The position numbers and the translations under genes were made by a program. DNA of 32,000 nt from Akkermansia muciniphila ATCC BAA-835 (GTDB lineage: Bacteria > Verrucomicrobiota > Verrucomicrobiia > Verrucomicrobiales > Akkermansiaceae), in contig NC_010655.1 of the NCBI RefSeq assembly GCF_000020225.1, positions 990,001 to 1,022,000 on the forward strand. Reading direction: 5' to 3'. The notes beneath the pieces are model-generated. The model searched no databases. It saw only the letters and a program-made list of their open reading frames with translations, and was not told where the DNA came from. Positions 28,288 to 32,000 of the stretch are shown here, piece by piece (position 1 is the stretch's first letter; the number at the start of each line of letters is the position of its first letter).

Positions 28288-30438
28288 ATGATTCCGGATT
28301 CCGTTCATTTGCTGACCCGTTCCTCTCAGATGACCCTGTACAAAGATGAACAGGGCCGTGTGCGCCGCGCCTATTACGGACCGAAGCTGCGTGAACCGGA
28401 GGATGCCCTGGAAAACGCCGCGGATGCTCCTCTCCTGTATTCCTCCCTGGCGGATTCCGTAACAGGGCTTCCCAATGCGTCCGGCGAGTACTGCATTTGC
28501 GTAACCCAGGCGGACGGGGCCCTTTCCCTGAGCCTGGAATGCCTGGATTGGGAAGTGCTGGAACTGGATGACGACCGGGAAGAAGCCGTCTTCTATGGGA
28601 AGGACCCTTCCTACCCTGTGCGGGTGGAAATCCACGTGCGCTCCCACAGGGAATCGGACACTTTTCTGCAATGGGCGGTGATTCGGAACGAAGGGAAAGA
28701 AGGCATCCGCCTGCACCGCGCGGCATCCGCACAGCTGGGTTTGCGCGCAGAACGGTATTTCGTCACCAGCTTCCGCGGCACCTGGGGCGGCGAGTCCCTG
28801 ATGAGTGAGGAAGAAGTGGCCCGGGGGCATGAACTTGCCCTGGTATCCGGAACCGGCACCCGCACCGCCCAGGAGGGAAGCCCCGGATTCATCATCTCTC
28901 TGGACGGTCCGGCGCGGGAGGATTCCGGGGAGGTGGTTCTGGGGGCGCTGGCATGGTCCGGCAATTACCGGATATGGTTCCGGCACAGCCCGTATCATTA
29001 CCTTTTTGCCGGAGCGGGGCTGGATATGGCTCCCGCGCCCTATCTGCTGGACGGCGGCGGTGTGTTCAAGACGCCGCCCCTCATTCTGGCGCACAGTAAA
29101 AACGGCAAGGGAGAGGCCTCCCGGCGCATCCACCGCTGGGCGCGCCGTTACGGCCTGCGCGGTGGAGAATCAGAGAGGCCGACCTTGCTGAATTCCTGGG
29201 AGGGGGTGTATTTTACCTTTACGGAAAAAGTGCTGCACGGCATGATGAAACGTGCGGCAGACTTGGGGATAGAGCTTTTCGTGCTGGATGACGGCTGGTT
29301 TGGCGGCCGGTTCCCCCGCAATGACGCCCGTGCCGGATTGGGGGACTGGCAGGTTAACCGCGCTAAATTGCCTCATGGACTGGAAGACCTCATTCGCCAG
29401 GCGGAAAAACTGGGAATACGCTTCGGCATCTGGGTGGAGCCGGAAATGGTGAACCCTCATTCGGAGCTTTATCAGAACCATCCGGAGTGGGCCATCGGTC
29501 TCCCGCATCGGGAAAACAGGCTGGAACGCAGCCAGTATTTGCTGGACCTGAGCAATCCTCATGTATGCAGGTACATTCTTGATGCCATGCGGAAGCTGCT
29601 TGGGGAGCATCCGGGTATTTCCTACGTCAAATGGGATTGCAACCGCAAAATTTCCGACCCCGGCTCTCCCTGGCTGGATGCCTGCCGCCAGGGGAATCTG
29701 CCCATTGACTATGTGCGGGGCTATGAACGTATTCTTGAGACGCTGGCGGCGGAATTCCCGGATGTGATATTCCAGGCCTGTTCCTCCGGAGGAGGCCGCG
29801 CCGACTATGGAACCATGCGGAAGCATCATGAATTCTGGACGTCCGACAACACGGACGCTTATGAACGCGTGTTCATGCAGTGGGGCATAGGCCACCTGTT
29901 CCCGGCTATTTCCATGGCCGCCCATGTGACCGCCTCCCCCAACCACCAGACGGGCCGCTCTGCTCCGCTCAAATTCCGGTTTGACGTGGCCATGTCCGGC
30001 CGGCTTGGTTTTGAACTCCAGCCATGTGACATGACGGAGGAGGACATGGTTTTTTCCAAACGGGCTCTGGCGGAATACAAGCGCATCCGCCCCGTAGTCC
30101 AGTTCGGTGACTTGTACCGGCTTTCCTCCCCGTATGAAAGCCGGGTGGCCTCCCTGATGTATGTATGCGGAAAACGGGCTGTCGTTTTCGCCTGGCTGAT
30201 GGATAAATGGCTGGCGGATTCCCCTCCGCCCCTGCGCCTGAAAGGCCTGAATTTTTCCGCTAGGTACTTGGTGCGGGAAATCAACATGAATGAAGACGGC
30301 TCTCTCACGGATGTTCACGAACGAAGGCTGGGAGGCGACTTTCTGATGGACGCCGGCATCCGCATCCGCTGGAAAAAGGCCTTCCAGTCCGTCTGCCTGG
30401 AGGTGGTGGAAACAAACCCTGATGCTCCGGCTTCATGA
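28288..30438 (+). CDS. GH36 alpha-galactosidase (melibiase family), no signal peptide
   Basis: FVLDDGWFGGRF, YVKWDCNR (nucleophile region) and ACSSGGGRADYG are GH36 hallmarks. The track ORF starts at TTG 28279 and the first ATG is at 28288. Confidence 0.92.
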   Translation: MIPDSVHLLTRSSQMTLYKDEQGRVRRAYYGPKLREPEDALENAADAPLLYSSLADSVTGLPNASGEYCICVTQADGALSLSLECLDWEVLELDDDREEAVFYGKDPSYPVRVEIHVRSHRESDTFLQWAVIRNEGKEGIRLHRAASAQLGLRAERYFVTSFRGTWGGESLMSEEEVARGHELALVSGTGTRTAQEGSPGFIISLDGPAREDSGEVVLGALAWSGNYRIWFRHSPYHYLFAGAGLDMAPAPYLLDGGGVFKTPPLILAHSKNGKGEASRRIHRWARRYGLRGGESERPTLLNSWEGVYFTFTEKVLHGMMKRAADLGIELFVLDDGWFGGRFPRNDARAGLGDWQVNRAKLPHGLEDLIRQAEKLGIRFGIWVEPEMVNPHSELYQNHPEWAIGLPHRENRLERSQYLLDLSNPHVCRYILDAMRKLLGEHPGISYVKWDCNRKISDPGSPWLDACRQGNLPIDYVRGYERILETLAAEFPDVIFQACSSGGGRADYGTMRKHHEFWTSDNTDAYERVFMQWGIGHLFPAISMAAHVTASPNHQTGRSAPLKFRFDVAMSGRLGFELQPCDMTEEDMVFSKRALAEYKRIRPVVQFGDLYRLSSPYESRVASLMYVCGKRAVVFAWLMDKWLADSPPPLRLKGLNFSARYLVREINMNEDGSLTDVHERRLGGDFLMDAGIRIRWKKAFQSVCLEVVETNPDAPAS

Positions 30439-30691
30439 TAAAAAGCTGTAGACTTTCCGCCAGCAGCCTGATGTTCTTTTTTCATAGTGGGAACCGGCGT
30501 TTGGCGCAGGTTTCATCCCCGCTTTGTTAATATTGTGAGTTATGCGGCCAACTTGCCATTCTGACGCCGCTTCTTCATAAGGGGTAGATGGCAGGTGTAA
30601 ACGGTACGCCCGTGACGGAATGCATGATCCCTTTCCGGCTTTTCAGCTGAACCGGATATTGGGGCAGTTGCGTTAAGGGGGCACTAACATG

Positions 30692-30733
30692 AAGGCGGCA
30701 ATAAAAGAATTATTGCCGCCTTTATTCTTTATT
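30692..30733 (+). terminator. Strong intrinsic terminator in the GH36 / yidE-like convergent spacer
   Basis: Perfect 12-bp stem aaggcggcaata (30692-30703) / tattgccgcctt (30711-30722), 7-nt loop, followed by tattctttatt. Confidence 0.7.
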
Positions 30734-30759
30734 GAGTTCCTGTGGATTTGCTGGCAGTC

Positions 30760-32000
30760 CTAGATGCCCACCACGCCGCCGATGGTCTGGATGATGACCT
30801 TGGCAATGATGGTCATCAGGATAAGGGCCACGGGGTAGGCGGTGGCGTAGCTGACCACGGGAGCCTGGGAGTCCGTTTTGCTGGCGATGGCCCCCAGAGC
30901 CGGGGTGGAGGTCATGCCGCCGCAGATGCCGCCCAGGCATTCCAGAATGTTCATCTTGAAGACCTTCATGCCCACGAAGTAACCGGCAAACATGCCGGAG
31001 CAGGTGACGATAACGCCCATGATGAAGACGGCCGCGCCGTGGGTGGCTACCGTATCCACCAGGTCCGCTCCGCCCTTGATGCCGGCGTCAGCCAGGAAGA
31101 AGACCAGCCCCAGGTCCTGTAAAAGAAGGCGCGTGGGGCGCGGGATGTAGCCGACGATGGGGCCCAGCCGTCCGAAGTGGCCGAGCAGCAGGGCGACGAT
31201 GAGGGGGCCTCCCGCAATACCCAGGGAGATTCCCGCGCCGTTGCCGAGGCTGAAGTTGACCAGGCCAAGAATGATGCCCAGGGAGAGGCCGAAGCCCAGG
31301 GAAAGCAGGTCCGTCTGGTTCATGTCCTGGCTGCGGTGGCCGATTTTGTCCCCGTATTTGGTAAGGTTTTCCGGGGTCCCCACCACGGTCAGCACGTCGT
31401 TGCGTTCCAGCGTGGTTTCCCCCGTGGGGACGAAAGTGAAGCCCAGGCGGGAAATGCGGGAGATAATGATACCGTCCGTACGCAGGGTTTTCAGGTCGCG
31501 GAGCTTGTGCCCGGCATAGTTCTTGTTTGTCAGAATCAGTTTGCGGCGCTCCTTCTGGGAGTCCATGGGGTAGGGATTGTCACATACTTCCCCCAGAAAG
31601 GCGATGTCGTGGGGCATGGTGTCGCTGTTGCCCACGATGAGGACTTCCGTTCCTTCCCGGAACGTGTCTTCCGGAGTCAGAGGCATCAGCCTGTCGTTGC
31701 GAACCACGCGGGTGACCATGCAGTGCAGGCCGTCCAGCAGCTTGCAGTCCGCAATGTTCTGGCCTATCAGGTTGGGCTGTGTGACGCGGACAAGGCGGGA
31801 AATGATGCTGACCTCCTGTCTGGAATGCATGGCTTTGGCCTCTTTGTTGAGGTCAAAGTGCAGCAGGCGCGGCAGAAGCTGGACGAAAAGGACCACGCCC
31901 ACCACGCCGAACGGATAGGCGATGCCGTAACCGATGCTGACGCCGCTTCCGGAGGCTCCCGGCAGGCTTTCCGTGGCGGCCGCCAGCGCCGGGGTGCTGG
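30760..32000 (-). CDS. YidE/YbjL-family putative transporter (two RCK_C/TrkA-C domains), N-terminus beyond the window edge
   Basis: C-terminal membrane half with GGMTSTPALGAIASK and a central soluble duplicated domain. The frame stays open upstream of the track's GTG at 31905 (...STPALAAATESLPGASGSGVSIGYGIAYPFG VVGVV...) to position 32000. Confidence 0.85.
   Translation of the reverse strand, partial: STPALAAATESLPGASGSGVSIGYGIAYPFGVVGVVLFVQLLPRLLHFDLNKEAKAMHSRQEVSIISRLVRVTQPNLIGQNIADCKLLDGLHCMVTRVVRNDRLMPLTPEDTFREGTEVLIVGNSDTMPHDIAFLGEVCDNPYPMDSQKERRKLILTNKNYAGHKLRDLKTLRTDGIIISRISRLGFTFVPTGETTLERNDVLTVVGTPENLTKYGDKIGHRSQDMNQTDLLSLGFGLSLGIILGLVNFSLGNGAGISLGIAGGPLIVALLLGHFGRLGPIVGYIPRPTRLLLQDLGLVFFLADAGIKGGADLVDTVATHGAAVFIMGVIVTCSGMFAGYFVGMKVFKMNILECLGGICGGMTSTPALGAIASKTDSQAPVVSYATAYPVALILMTIIAKVIIQTIGGVVGI

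Noticed and set aside
27850-30318. 427-aa (27850-29133) and 382-aa (29170-30318) minus-strand ORFs.
   Set aside because: They are antisense to the HU and GH36 genes, which carry clear catalytic motifs. Their composition is typical of antisense shadow ORFs.

Overview
This window looks like a core-chromosome segment of an Akkermansia muciniphila-like genome (Verrucomicrobiota). The 16S carries both targets of the genus-specific AM1/AM2 primers: cagcacgtgaaggtggggac near 1006 and atctgaagccaaccgcaagg near 1313. Positions 1-5220 are the 3' part of an rRNA operon, ordered 16S (5'-truncated by the window edge), tRNA-Ala(UGC), tRNA-Ile(GAU), 23S, 5S, followed by a strong terminator. The other ~27 kb holds tightly packed housekeeping genes: nrdR, a SulP permease, argH, eno, nfo, a YhaM-like OB/HD nuclease, comEC, miaB, rlmD, HU and a partial YidE/YbjL transporter. 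Three glycan-active enzymes sit among them with no PUL-style organisation: an SGNH/sialate-O-acetylesterase-like protein, a GH29 fucosidase with two discoidin modules, and a GH36 alpha-galactosidase. I found no CRISPR array, IS element, integrase, prophage, toxin-antitoxin pair or recognisable defence island, and I cannot honestly claim a clear multi-gene novel system. The observations most worth follow-up are these: (1) an orphan 32-codon PEP-CTERM sorting-signal mini-ORF with its own terminator, just after the rrn terminator; (2) two diverged paralogous polytopic membrane proteins of unknown family, about 12 kb apart; (3) a YhaM-like nuclease gene 12 nt upstream of a comEC whose metallo-beta-lactamase module appears to lack the HxHxDH motif; (4) an uncharacterised 175-aa protein tightly coupled to nrdR; (5) several structured or repeat-bearing intergenic regions, including a 20-bp perfect palindrome upstream of eno, a 12-nt direct repeat upstream of nrdR, and two long convergent spacers with strong hairpins. 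All long ORFs antisense to recognisable genes and all ORFs inside the rRNAs are treated as GC-driven artefacts.
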